A stretch of DNA of 63,292 nucleotides, the filler included, from Chiloscyllium plagiosum (Eukaryota): the NCBI RefSeq assembly GCF_004010195.1. It is 4 parts of one record of this genome, joined end to end, with 100 filler letters (N's around TTAATTAATTAA, not from the genome) between each part and the next. Parts side by side here need not be neighbours in the genome. Positions count along the whole stretch, not along the records: positions 41,023 to 59,497 come from NC_057714.1; positions 59,598 to 63,292 come from NC_057714.1; 2 more parts are not named here. The stretch is one strand, 5' to 3'. The position numbers and the translations under genes were made by a program. Shown one piece after another: positions 52,560 through 63,292 of the stretch. The notes below the pieces were generated by a model. It searched no databases and had not been told where the DNA came from. It saw only the letters and a list, made by a program, of their open reading frames with translations. Every line of letters begins with the position of its first letter. Position 1 is the stretch's first letter.

Positions 52560-53160
52560 TTAAAGCAAAATATTGCAGATGCTGGAAATGTAAAACAAAC
52601 ACAGAGAATGCTGGTAAAACTCAGCAGGTCTGGCAGCATCTGTAGAGAGAGAAACACAGTTAATGTTAACATTCCGAATCTGACACTTGAAGTAGACAGA
52701 CTGCCTTAAGTTCAGAGAGAAGAGTTTCCTCAGCGCAGTAATTAGCACATGAGAATAATGGACTGGGTGACCACTTCGCAGAATACCCGCAACCAGTACA
52801 CAAAGACCCAGAGCTTCCAGCTGCCTGCCAGTTCAACACACCACCTTGTTCCCTGGCCAACATCTGTCTCAGGCTTGCTGCAATGCTCCAGTGAAGTTCA
52901 GCGTGAGCTGGAAGAACAATCCACTTTGTTTTCTGCAGGGGAACAGCCTTCTGGACTCAATATCGAGTTCAATAATTTTAGGGCTTGAGGCACCTTCTCC
53001 CCAACCCCCACACAGCAGGCCTTGTTATCACGTAGTCTATTATTACACCCCACCCATTGTTAGCCACTAATACTCCCCATTAGTGCTCATTCACTCTCCT
53101 AGCCTGACCGTTATCCACTCTTTTGTCTGTCCAACTGTTCTCTCTTTGGGCTCTACCTAT
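52560..53160. mobile_element. Older PLE fragments (terminal repeat plus GIY-YIG 3' region); related old palindromic insert at about 53955-54125
   Basis: ctcagcaggtctggcagcatct repeat; QPSGLNIEFNNFR is a PLE-type C-terminus. Confidence 0.65.
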
Positions 53161-54274
53161 ATATTATTTATTCATTAGAGATCAGTATATCTCTAACTAA
53201 ATGAACAGGAGACCAAATTGTATAGAAAGTACACCAATTCTGTGAAGGCTGCAGGACCATATTTTTTATTTAGTGTTTTTAAAACTTGTGGAGTGAAATG
53301 AGAATGGCCTGTTTTAAAAACTGGTATTTGAAAGGGTGTTTGCAGTTTTGAAAGCAAGTAACCTAACACCCATGCCAAGCATAGTGCAAGCAAATATTTG
53401 AATAAACAGCAATTGGAGTTTCAGTTGCAGACCATTCTGAGCCAAGGGGTGTACAGATGCAGCTTTTGCAGGCAACAAGAGATTAATTGATTTATGGACG
53501 ATGACAATGTGCATGCTAACAACAATGTGATTAGTTCTCAGGTAACTGAGCAGCATGGAGCTGGGAACAAAGTACAGAGAGTCAGCGAGAGAGATAGACA
53601 GAGGGAGAGGAAGAGAGTTCAGTTCTTCTCCAGCTCAGAAGCAGTCTCTCTGTTCTCTGTAGTCAAAACTCACATGAAAACTTGAAGAAAACCAGATTAC
53701 CTCTCCTGCAACAATTGCCATAGCTGTGACTTTTAACTAATAAGTCAGTGTCTTTTTCTGAATGAACCTGCCACCCTGTATCCCTTTCCAACCAGTGGAG
53801 GTATCTGGAGAAAGATGAATGAAGCAATGCACTGGCTAGCAGAAGAATCAGAAGGATCATCTCAACAATAACACTTGGGAATGAAGATTACTGAACTGTC
53901 TTTCTGGTTATCCCCTCTATCCATAGTCTATTCTAAAATAAACACACAAAATAAAGAGCTGCATATGCTGGAGATCTGAAACAAAAATGGGCATTGCTGG
54001 CAAAACTCAGCAGGTCTGGCAGCATCTATCAGGAGAAAGGAGAGTTAATGCTTTTAGCAAAATGTCAACCCTGTTTTCGCCCATAGATGCTGCAAGACCT
54101 GCTGAGTTTCACCAGCAATCTATTTTACCCTGTCTGTTTGTCTGTCTGTGTGAATAAAGGGCAGTTTATAAGGCGATTAGAGTTTTCATAAGTGTTGTAT
54201 TATGCTGTGGTTTAAAATGATTTACCTGTTGCTGGATTTCAATTACTTTTAGTAAACAGTGATTCTTGTTCAGT

Positions 54275-57200
54275 ACAGTGCCAGATGATTGCAGCATGGC
54301 AAATATTATTCCTTCGTCCAAGAAAGGGAATAGGGATAATCCTGCGAATTACAGATGAGTCAATCCCACGTCTGTGATAGGTAAAGTATTGGAGAGGATT
54401 CTGAGAGACAGGATTTATATTTACTTGGAAAACTATACTTTGATTAGAGATAGTCAGCATGGCTTTGTGAGTGGCAAGTCATGCCTCACCAGCCTTGTTG
54501 AATTCTTTGAGGATGTGACAAAACACATGGATGAAGGTAGAGCAGTGGATGTGGTATACATGGATTTTAGCTGGGCATCCTGAAAGGTTCCCTGTGGTAG
54601 GCTCATTCAGAAAGTAAGGAGGCATGGGAAACAGGGAAATCTGGCTGTCTGGATACAGAATTGGTTGGCCCATAGAAGACAGAGGGTGGTGATTGATGGA
54701 AAGTATTCAGCTTCGGGTTTGGTGACCAGTGGTGTTCCACAGGGATCGGTTCAGGGACCTCTGTTTTTTGTGATTTTTATAAACAACTTGGAGGAGCAAT
54801 TGGAAGGGTGGGTTAGTAAGTTTATCAATGACACAAAGGTTGGCGGAGTGGTGGATAGTGTGGAGGATTGTGTTGTTTGCAACAGAATATTGACAGGATG
54901 CAGAACTGATAAGTGGCAGATGGAATTCAACCTAGAAAAGTGGAACCTGATTTACTTCAGAAGGTCGAGTCTGAATGCAGAATACAGGGTTAATGGCAGG
55001 ATTCTTGGCAGTGTGGAGGAACAGAGGGATCTTGGGGTCCATGTCCATAGATTCCTCAAAGTTACCACCCAAGTTGATAGGCTTGTCAAGAAGGCGTATC
55101 GTGTGTTGGCTTTCATTAGCAGGGGATTGAGTTTAAGAGCTGCAAGGTTGTAGAGCCCTGGTTGGACCACATTTGGAGTATTGTGTTCAGTTCTGGTTGC
55201 CTCATTATCGAAAGAATATGGAAGCTTCAGAGTGGATGCAGAGGGGATTTACCAGGATGCTGCTGGGATGGTGGCATGTCTTATGAAGTAAAGTTGAGGG
55301 AGGTAGGGCTTTTCTCATTGGAGCAAAGAAGGTTGAGAGGTAACATCTTATAGGTGTACAAGATCAGCACAGAAACAGTTAAGCGAATATTTTTAAGCGT
55401 GGCCTTACAGTAAGTCTGCAGTAGTGAGTACAGTGGGTTCTTTCTTGATTATCTGTTTTACTGAGATGTGGCTTATATTTTTAAGTTTAATCAAGAGACA
55501 TAAGTATTAGGTTAGCCTGGAGCACTGTTTGCAGAGGAATAAGACAGTGCTATGTTTTGGCTCTGGAGATTGAAAGAAGCAGCAATGGCATCAAGAAGAG
55601 TGATATGCTCTTCTTGTCAGATATGGGAGTTTTGGGAGAGTTTACGTATTACTGAGGGTTATATCTGCAATAAATGCCATTGGTTGTGAATCTTATCCAA
55701 TTGAATGAATTGGTTGGAGTAACAATTAGACGCAATGAGGAATTTACAAGAGCAACGGGATGTGATGGATGGCAGTTATAGGAAAAGAAAAAAGTTGCAG
55801 ATACAGTCACATAGATGGGTTAACTCCAAGAAAGGTAAGAGATATAGGCAGGTAGTGTAGGAATCTTCTGTGGCAATCCCCATTTCAAACAAGTATGCTA
55901 CTTTGGAAAATGTGGGGGCTGATAGATTCTCAGGGGAACGTAGCACGAACAACCAAGTTTCTGATTTGGAGACTGGCTCGAATGCAAGGAAGGGTACATC
56001 AGATTCCAAGAGGTCCATTGTGTTCGGAGACTCTAGTCCGAGGCACAGACAGACTTTTCTGTAGCCAGCAGCGAAAAATCAGAATGGTGGTTGCCTCCCT
56101 GGTGCCAGGGTCAAGGATGTCTCAGAGACAATGCAGAATGTGCTCAAGGGAGAGGGATCAGCAGGAGGTAGTAAGGGAAAAGGATGAGATTTTGAAGGGC
56201 GAATATATAGAGTTAGGCAGGAATTTAAATAGAAGGTCCTCGAGAATAGTAATATCTGGATTACTCCCGGTGCTGCAAGCTACTGAGGGTAGGAATAGGA
56301 GGTTAGAGCAGATGAATGCATGGCTGACGAGCTGGTGTATGGGAGAAGGATTCACATTTTTAGGTTATTAGAATCTCTTTTGGGGTAGAAGTGACCTGTA
56401 CAAGAAGGACAGATTGCACCTGAATTGGAAGGGGACCAATATACTGGCAGGGAAATTTGCTAGAGCTGCTCAGGAGGATTTCAATTATTAAGGTGGGGGG
56501 AACCCAGGGAGATAGTGAGAAAAGAGATCAATCTGAGACTGGTCCAAATGAGAACAAAAGCAAGTCAAACAGTCAGGGCAGGCAGGGACAAAGCAGCAAA
56601 CAATGTAGGACTCATAAGTTAAACTGCACTTATTTCAATGCAAGGGGCTAACAGGGAAGACAGATGAACTCAGGGCATGGTTAGGAACATGGGACTGGGA
56701 TATCATAGCAAATACAGAAACATGGCTCAGGGATGGGCAGGACTGGCAGCTTCATGTTCCAGGATACAAATGCTACAGAAAGGACAGAAAGGGAGGCAAG
56801 AGAGGAGGGGGAGTGGTGTTTTTGATAAGGGATAGCATTACAGCTGTACTGAGGGAGGATATTCCCAGAAATATATCCAGGGACATTATTTGGGTTGAAC
56901 TGAGAAATAAAAAAGGGATGGTCACCTTATTGGGATTGTATTATAGACCCCCCGAATAGTCAGAGGGAAATTGAGAAACAAACTTATAAGGAGATCTCGG
57001 TTATCTGTAAGAATAATAGGGTGGTTATGGTTGGGGATTTTAACTTTCCAAACATCGACTGGGACTGCCATAGTGTTAAGAGTTCAGATGGAGAGGAATT
57101 TGTTAGGGGTGTACAAGAACATTTTCTGATTCAATATGTGGATGTACCTACAAGAGGAGGTGCAAAACTTGACCAACTCTTGGGAAATAAGACACGGCAG

Positions 57201-57533
57201 GTAACTGAGGTGCCAGTGAGGGAGCACTTTGGGGCCAGCAACCATAATTCTATTAGTTTTAAAATAGTGATGGAAAAGGATAGACCAGATCTAAAAGTTG
57301 AAGTTCTAAATTGGAGGAAGGCTAATTTTGATGGTTTTAGGCAAGAACTTTCGAAAGCTGACTGGGGGCAGATGTTTGCAGGTAAAGGGACGGCTGGAAA
57401 ATGGGAAGCCTTTAGGAATGAGATAACGAGAATCCAGAGAAAGTATATTCCTGTCAGGGTGAAAGGAAAGGCTGGTAGGTATAGGGAATGCTGGATGACG
57501 AAAGAAATTGAAGGTTTGGTTAAGAAAAAGAAT
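54275..57533 (+). mobile_element. CR1 RT fragment (54275-55360) followed by a CR1 5' half: 5' UTR, ORF1 (zinc finger plus SGNH esterase) and ORF2 endonuclease
   Basis: CSSCQIWE, VFGDS, DRLHLN..GTNILAG, YFNARG, VGDFNFPNIDW motifs. Confidence 0.88.
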
Positions 57534-59015
57534 AGACAATAGGTGCAGGAGTAGACCATTCTGCCCTTCGAGCCTGCACCACCATTCATTACGATCATGG
57601 CTGATCATCCTTAATCAGTATCCTGTTCCTGCCTTATCTCCATACCGCTTGATTCCACTATCCTTGAGAGCTCTATCCAACTCTTTCTTAAACAAATCCA
57701 GAGACTGAGCCTCCATTGCCTTCTGGGGCAGAGCATTCCACACACCCACCACTCTCTGGATGAAGAAGTTTCTCCTCATCTCTGTCCTAAATGGCCTACC
57801 CCTTATTTTTAAGCTATGTCCGCTGGTTCGGGACACACCCATCAGAGGAAACATGTTTCCTGCCTCCAAAGTGTCCAATCCTTTAATAATCTTATACGTC
57901 TCAATCAGATCCCCTCTCAGTCTTCTAAACTCAAGGGTGTACAAGCCCAGTTGCTCCAATCTTTCAACATAAGATAGTCCCGCCATTCCAGGAATTGACC
58001 TCGTGAANNNNNNNNNNNNNNNNNNNNNNNNNNNNNNNNNNNNNNNNNNNNNNNNNNNNNNNNNNNNNNNNNNNNNNNNNNNNNNNNNNNNATTTATCCA
58101 CATTAAACTGCATCTGCCATGCTTTTGTCCACTCACCTAACCTGTCCAGGTCATCCTGTAATCTCCTAACATCCTCCTCACATTTCACCCTGCCACCCAG
58201 CTTTGTATCATCAGCAAATTTGCTAATGTTACTGTTAATACCATCTTCTATGTCATTAACATATATTGTAAAAAGCTGCGGTCCCAGCACTGATCCCTGC
58301 GGTACTCCACTGGTCACCGCCTGCCATTCCGAACTGGAGCCGTTTATCACTGCTCTTTGTTTCCTGTCAGCCAACCAATTTTCCCAAGTCATTATACCCA
58401 AGTCAGTATTTTGCCCCCAATAGCATGCACCCTACGTTTGCTCACTAACCTCCTATGTGGGACTTTATCAAAGGCTTTCTGAAAGTCCAGGTACACTACA
58501 CCCACTGGATATCCCTTGTCCATCTTCAGAGTAACATCCTCAAAAAATTCCAGAAGATTAGTCAAGCATGATTTCCCCTTCATAAATCCATGCTGACTCT
58601 GACCTATCCTGTTACTGCTATCTAGATGTGTCGTAATTTCATCCTTTATAATTGACTCCAGCATCTTTCCCACCACTGAGGTCAGACTAACTGGTCTATA
58701 ATTTCCTGCTTTCTCTCTCGTTCCTTTCTTATAAAGTGATACAACATTAGCCACACTCCAATCAGCAGGAACTGATCCTGAATCTATCGAACTCTGGAAA
58801 ATAATCACCAACGCATCCACGATTTCTAAAGCCACCTTCTTCAGTACCCTGGGATGTAGACCATCAGGCCCAGGGGACTTATCAGCCTTCAGACCTAACA
58901 GTCTCTCCAACACCAATTCCTGGCAAATATAAATTCCCTTCAGTTCAGGTTCTTCAGCCACTGTTACCGCTGGGAGATTGCTTGTGTCTTCCCCAGTGAA
59001 CACAGATCTGAAGTA

Positions 59016-59238
59016 GGGCTGAAAATGTGTTGCTGGAAAAGCGCAGCAGGTCAGGCAGCATCCAGGGAACAGGAGAATCGACGTTTCGGGCATAAGCCCT
59101 TCTTCAGGAAACCTGAAGAAGGGCTTATGCCCGAAACATCGATTCTCCTGTTCCCCGGATGCTGCCTGACCTGCTGCGCTTTTCCAGCAACACATTTTCA
59201 GCTCTGATCTCCAGCATCTGCAGTCCTCACTTTCTCCT
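59016..59238. mobile_element. 223-bp palindromic PLE terminal-repeat insert (family A) with perfect 15-bp TSD
   Basis: cacagatctgaagta at 59001-59015 and 59239-59253; 91-bp arms 59018-59108 and 59112-59202 with two mismatches. Confidence 0.92.
59080..59140. ncRNA. Back-to-back pair of family A hammerhead-like cores (59080-59107 minus, intact; 59113-59140 plus, one G>A)
   Basis: CTGAAGA-A-GGGC(TTAT)GCCC-GAAA-C-GTC on minus and CTGAAGA-A-GGGC(TTAT)GCCC-GAAA-C-ATC on plus, 5 nt apart. Confidence 0.68.
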
Positions 59239-59904
59239 CACAGATCTGAAGTACCAATTCAATTCTTCTGCCATTTCTTTATTTTTGTTCCCCGTAATAT
59301 ATTCCTCTGTTCTGTCTTCAAGGGCCCAATTTTAGTCTTAACCATTTTTTTCCCTTTCACATACCTAAAAAAGCTTTTACTATCCTCCTTTATATTTTTG
59401 GCCAGTTTACCTTCATACCTCATTTTTTCTCTGCATTTTTCCTTCTTAGTAACTTCTGTTGTTCTTTAAAAGCTTCCCAGTCCTCCGTTTTCCCACTNNN
59501 NNNNNNNNNNNNNNNNNNNNNNNNNNNNNNNNNNNNNNNNNTTAATTAATTAANNNNNNNNNNNNNNNNNNNNNNNNNNNNNNNNNNNNNNNNNNNNGAG
59601 GAGGGTGGGGGTGGGGAGAAAGTAGCATAGAGTACAATGGGTGAGTGGGGGAGGGGATGAAGGTGATGGGGAGGGGGGAGTAGATAGGTGGAAAGGAAGA
59701 TAGGCAGGTAGGACAAGTCATGGGGACAGTGCTGAGCTGGAAGTTTGGAATTAGGGTGAGGTGGGGGAAGGGAAAATGAGGAAACTGTTGAAGTAGAGAG
59801 GTTAGGTGCCGGCGCATTGCTGCGAGCGTGGAGCGGAGGATCTTGAAGGAGAACCATTGCTGGGGGGTGTTTTTGAATCTGTAGTCTGTCCTGTTTGTCC
59901 TGTT

Positions 59905-61340
59905 CAGGTATAAGAGATAAGATTTATAATCATCTAGCAAGCAACAATTTGATTTCTGATAGTCAACATGGTTTCGTCAAGGGCAGGTCATGTCTCTCAA
60001 ACCTCATTGAGTTTTTTGAGAAGGTGACCAAGCATGTAGATGAGTGTCGGGCAGTTGATGTCGTGAACATGGACTTCAGTAAAGCCTTTGATAAGGTTCC
60101 ACATGGTAGGCTGCTGGAGCAAATGTAGAGGCATGGAATTAAGGGTGATTTAGCAGTTTGGATTAGAAACAGGCTTCCTGAAAGAAGGCAGCAAGTGGTG
60201 GTTGATGGAAAATATTCAGCCTGGAGTCCAGTTACTAGTGGTGTGCCACAAGGATCTGTTTTGGGACCACTGCTGTTTGTCATTTTTATAAATGACTTAG
60301 ACGCAGGCATGGGTGGATGGGTTAGTGATTTGCAGATGACACTAAAGTCGGTGGAGTAGTGGACAGTTTGGAAGAATGTTACAGGTTGCAGGGGGATTTG
60401 GAGAAACTGCAGAATTGGGCTGAGAGGTGGCAAATAGAGTTCAATGCAGCTAAATGTGAGGTGATTCACTTTGGGAAGAATAACAGGAAGGCAGAGTACT
60501 TTGTCAACGGAAAGATTCTTGGTAGTGTGGATGAGCAGAGGGATCTTGGAGTCCATGTACATAGATCTCTGAAAGTTGCCACCCAGGTGGATAGTGCTGT
60601 TAAGAAGGATACGGTGTGTTAGGTTTCATTGGTAGAGGGATTGAGTTCCGGAACCACAATGTCATGCTGCAACTATACAAAACGCTGGTGCAGCCACACT
60701 TGGAACATTATGTACAGTTCTGGTCTCCATATTTCGGGAAGGATGTGGAAGCATTGGAATAGGTGCAGAGGAGATTTACCAGGATGTTGCCTGGTCTAGA
60801 GGGAAGGTCTTATGAGGAAAGGCTGAGAGACTTGCGTCTGTTCTCATTGGAAAGAAGAAGGCTACGGGGGGATTTGATAGAGAAATACAAGATGACCAGA
60901 GGATTAGATAGGGTAGACAGTGAAAGTCTCTTTCCTCGGATGATGACATCAGCTCGTACGGTGGGGGGGGTGGGGGTAACAACAAATTGAGGGGTGATTG
61001 ATTTAAGACAGATGTCAGAGGCAGGTTCTTTACACAGAGAGTGGTAAGGGTGTGAAATGCCCTGCCTGCCAATGTAGTTAATTCAGCCACATTAGGGAGA
61101 TTTAAACAATCCTTGGATAAGCACATGGATGGTTTTGGGATAGTGTAGGGGGATGAGCTGAGAATAGTTCACAGGTCGGTGCAACATCGAGGGCCGAAGG
61201 GCCTGTTCTGCGCTGGGTTTGGAGGGATATGGGCCGGGTGCTGGCAGGTGGGACTAGATTGGGTTGGGATATCTGGTCGGCATGGACGGGTTGGACCGAA
61301 GGGTCTGTTTCCATGCTGTACATCTCTATGACTCTAAGTG
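59905..61340 (+). mobile_element. CR1 RT and 3' end plus a second CR1 tail
   Basis: QHGFVKGRSCLSNLIEFF, WAERWQIEFN, QRRFTRMLPG motifs. Confidence 0.9.
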
Positions 61341-61455
61341 GCCTCACCAATGACCTGTACAGCTGCAACATTATCTCCCAACTCCTGTACTCAATGCATT
61401 CTTCAATGCTGTTTTTAAAATGACCTGATCATTTGTTTCTCTTTAATGTTTGCAG

Positions 61456-61551
61456 ATCTTGAGAAAGCCAAGTTAAGAGCTCAGAAAAACAATGACCTGA
61501 GGGAGCAGGCGAATCTCTGTAACCGTCTTGGAGAGGTCCTGGCTCGACATG
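61456..61551 (+). CDS. TONSL: TONSL probable coding exon 2, N-terminal TPR region: LEKAKLRAQKNNDLREQANLCNRLGEVLARH(G)
   Basis: 96-nt exon, acceptor tttgcag| and donor CATG|gtgagt. Similar to the TONSL N-terminus (L.KAK.KAQ...REEA.LC.QLGE.LA.HG); in frame with the next exon. Confidence 0.9.
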
Positions 61552-62231
61552 GTGAGTTCTGCTGCGTGCAGGTAGATTTGCTGTCTCTGTGCTTTGTGGG
61601 TCCAGGGGGTTTATTCTGTAAGTCTCGGAGCACCCCCCGCCCCCAACCGTCTCTCCTTGCAGAGTTTGCACAAATCCCGAAGTCAGCATGCTCCTACATC
61701 TGAGTTTTCGGGCCATATAACAGTAAAGTGGTGCAGATGCTCGAGATCTGGAATAAAAACTTAGTGCTGGAGAAATTCAGCAGGCCCCATGGGCAAACAG
61801 AGACAAAGTGAATGTTTTGATGCACGTTGGACTCGACGTTCTCTCGGTCTCACCGCGCACACACCGGCCCCCACAGGGTCTAGCAGACCTGGCGAGTGGG
61901 AAAGCCTCAGACAGTGCCCAGTGATCTGTTTTTGTGGGGGTGTGGGTACAGTCCCTGGAGAGTTTGGCAGTGTAGACATTGGACCTGCCTCTCTGTGGAT
62001 CTGTGCCTACCAGCACGTTGGTGCTGCCTCGTGTGACTCAGTGTGTGGAATGGAGACCGGGTCACCGTGACTGGGTTTATCCACCCAGCTCTGTCTCCAA
62101 GGCCTGTAGGTTCTACAATGTTTTGTCAATAAATGGTTTTGAAACATTTTACTGATTATGCTTTTTCGCTCAATTAATTCATTGTTCCGGTTTTGCTTCA
62201 TCCCCACCCCATGCCCTCTCTCCTGAACCAG

Positions 62232-62374
62232 GTGAGTTCAAGGATGCAATCAAAGAGCACCAGCAGGAGCTGCAGTTGTCAGAGGCGCTCGGTGATGTGA
62301 TAGGCCGGGCGATAGCTAACAGGAAGATCGGAGAATGCCTGGCTGAGATTGGGAACTACGCTGGTGCCCTGAAG
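62232..62374 (+). CDS. TONSL: TONSL probable coding exon 3: (G)EFKDAIKEHQQELQLSEALGDVIGRAIANRKIGECLAEIGNYAGALK
   Basis: 143-nt exon, acceptor ctctctcctgaaccag| and donor AAG|gtagcg. TPR-like H.QELQL and A.RKIGE.LAE motifs typical of TONSL; phases 1 to 0 chain correctly. Confidence 0.92.
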
Positions 62375-62409
62375 GTAGCGAATCCTTGTTACTGTGCCTG
62401 CCCTGGGCC

Positions 62410-63035
62410 CTGCTCTCATCATCAGATTGTCAGACAGTAACCCACACCACCAGTCAGTCAGTCACTGTCCCATGTGAGGAAATATCCTCTCTCTATCTAA
62501 GTTAAAAATCACTAGCTTTCGGAGCACTGCTCCTTCATCAGGGGGTTGTGGGGCAGGACCATAAGACATAGAAGGTGCTCCACAACCCCCTGATGAAGGA
62601 GCAGCGCTCCGAAAGCTAGTGCTTCCGATTAAACCTGTTGGACTATAAACCTGGTGTTGTGTGATTTTTAACTATGTACACCCCAGTCTGACACCGGCAT
62701 CTCCACATCATCTCTCCATTGACTTTCTCAATCCCCTTTAGCACCTTATAGACCTCAATGAGATCGCCTCTCATTCTTCTAAACTCCAGAGAGGACAGGC
62801 CTAAACTGCTCAATCTCTCTGCATTAAACAAATCCCTCATCTCTGGAGTCAATCTAGTGACCCTCGTCAGAACTGTCTCCAAGACAACTACACCCCTCCT
62901 CAAGTAAAGGGACCAAAACTGTCCAGAATGCTCCAGATGCAATCTGATTAATGCCTTGTCCAGTTGCAGCAACATTTCCTTACTTTTATACTGGATTCCT
63001 TTAACAATAAATGACAAACTTCTATTGGCCTTCCT
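62410..63035 (-). mobile_element. Antisense CR1 fragment filling most of the TONSL exon 3-4 intron, with a nested family B PLE inverted insert (about 62499-62710)
   Basis: [25 protein letters not shown]...RRMRGDLIEVYK on minus, running to about 4 nt before the exon 4 boundary. Confidence 0.85.
62513..62618. ncRNA. Inverted pair of intact family B hammerhead-like cores (62513-62541 minus; 62590-62618 plus) in the TONSL intron between exons 3 and 4
   Basis: Both read CTGATGA-A-GGAGC(AGY)GCTCC-GAAA-G-CTA-gtg; stem I has a mismatch at its second pair. Confidence 0.7.
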
Positions 63036-63039
63036 GCAG

Positions 63040-63223
63040 CACCAGCACCAACACCTGGAACTGGCCCGTTCAGTCAGCAATGACATCGAGGAGCAGCGAG
63101 CCTGGGCTACCATTGGTCGGACGTACCTGTACATCTATGAAACAGACCAATCGTGTGAGTCGCTGAAGGAGGCGGAGAATGCTTTCCGGAAAAGTTTGGC
63201 CATTGTGGACAAGAGGCTAGAAG
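63040..63223 (+). CDS. TONSL: TONSL probable coding exon 4: [61 protein letters not shown](G)
   Basis: 184-nt exon, acceptor ccttcctgcag| and donor GAAG|gtaggg. [10 protein letters not shown] and F.KSLAIVD motifs are characteristic of TONSL. Confidence 0.94.
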
Positions 63224-63226
63224 GTA

Positions 63227-63292
63227 GGGATGGAGTGGGCAGTGGGGGATGGAGTGCGCAGTGGGGGATGGAGTGGGCAGCGGGGATGGAGT
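63227..63292. repeat. G-rich 19-bp minisatellite (gggatggagtgggcagtgg) starting right after the TONSL exon 4 donor
   Basis: About 3.5 units visible before the window ends. Confidence 0.8.

Larger units (their letters stand above)
57534..59497 (-). mobile_element. Well-preserved CR1 ORF2 and 3' end, carrying the palindromic PLE insert 59016-59238
   Basis: Long clean ORFs 57615-58136, 57964-58401 and 58392-59195 with DKSPGPDGLHPRVLK, YLDFQKAFDKVPH, KFADDTKLG. Confidence 0.92.

Noticed and set aside
53240..54275. Solo LTR (and a similar candidate at about 2350-3760)
   Set aside because: Has an LTR-like look, but I could not identify paired TG..CA ends, a TSD or a second copy in the window, so it is not called.
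59080..59140. Back-to-back cores forming an active cis double hammerhead
   Set aside because: The two cores are on opposite strands, so one transcript has only one sense core; no closely spaced same-sense pair was found in this window.
59025..59207. Near-identical [13 protein letters not shown] peptides on both strands
   Set aside because: A consequence of the DNA palindrome, not a protein.

Overview
Eukaryotic (vertebrate) DNA, almost certainly a shark or other elasmobranch: it carries HE1/V-SINE-type SINEs, a Deu-domain SINE remnant and very dense CR1 LINEs. Most of the window is nested, decayed retroelements: CR1, Penelope-like elements (PLEs), Rex1/Babar, RTE, Gypsy and SINEs, plus two large minisatellites. 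Host genes are two ARHGAP39 RhoGAP-region exons on the minus strand (10574-10773, 1624-1715) and three TONSL TPR exons on the plus strand (61456-61551, 62232-62374, 63040-63223). Three artificial 100-bp scaffold spacers (44 N + TTAATTAATTAA + 44 N) lie between the two genes, and many expected exons are missing, so long-range order is uncertain. The most interesting signal is about a dozen minimal type-I hammerhead-ribozyme-like cores (CUGANGA, one extra base, stem II, GAAA, palindromic stem III, NUH) in four unrelated PLE terminal-repeat families. Several are short TSD-flanked palindromic inserts with one core on each strand, one of them in a TONSL intron. Hammerheads in PLEs are known in general; whether these families are described, and whether they cleave, cannot be determined from the sequence. 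Other points: TONSL exon 3 regenerates the exon 2 donor after splicing, the TONSL exon 4 acceptor region is CR1-derived, and one CR1 is flanked by a perfect 84-bp duplication. Repeat boundaries are approximate (read by eye).
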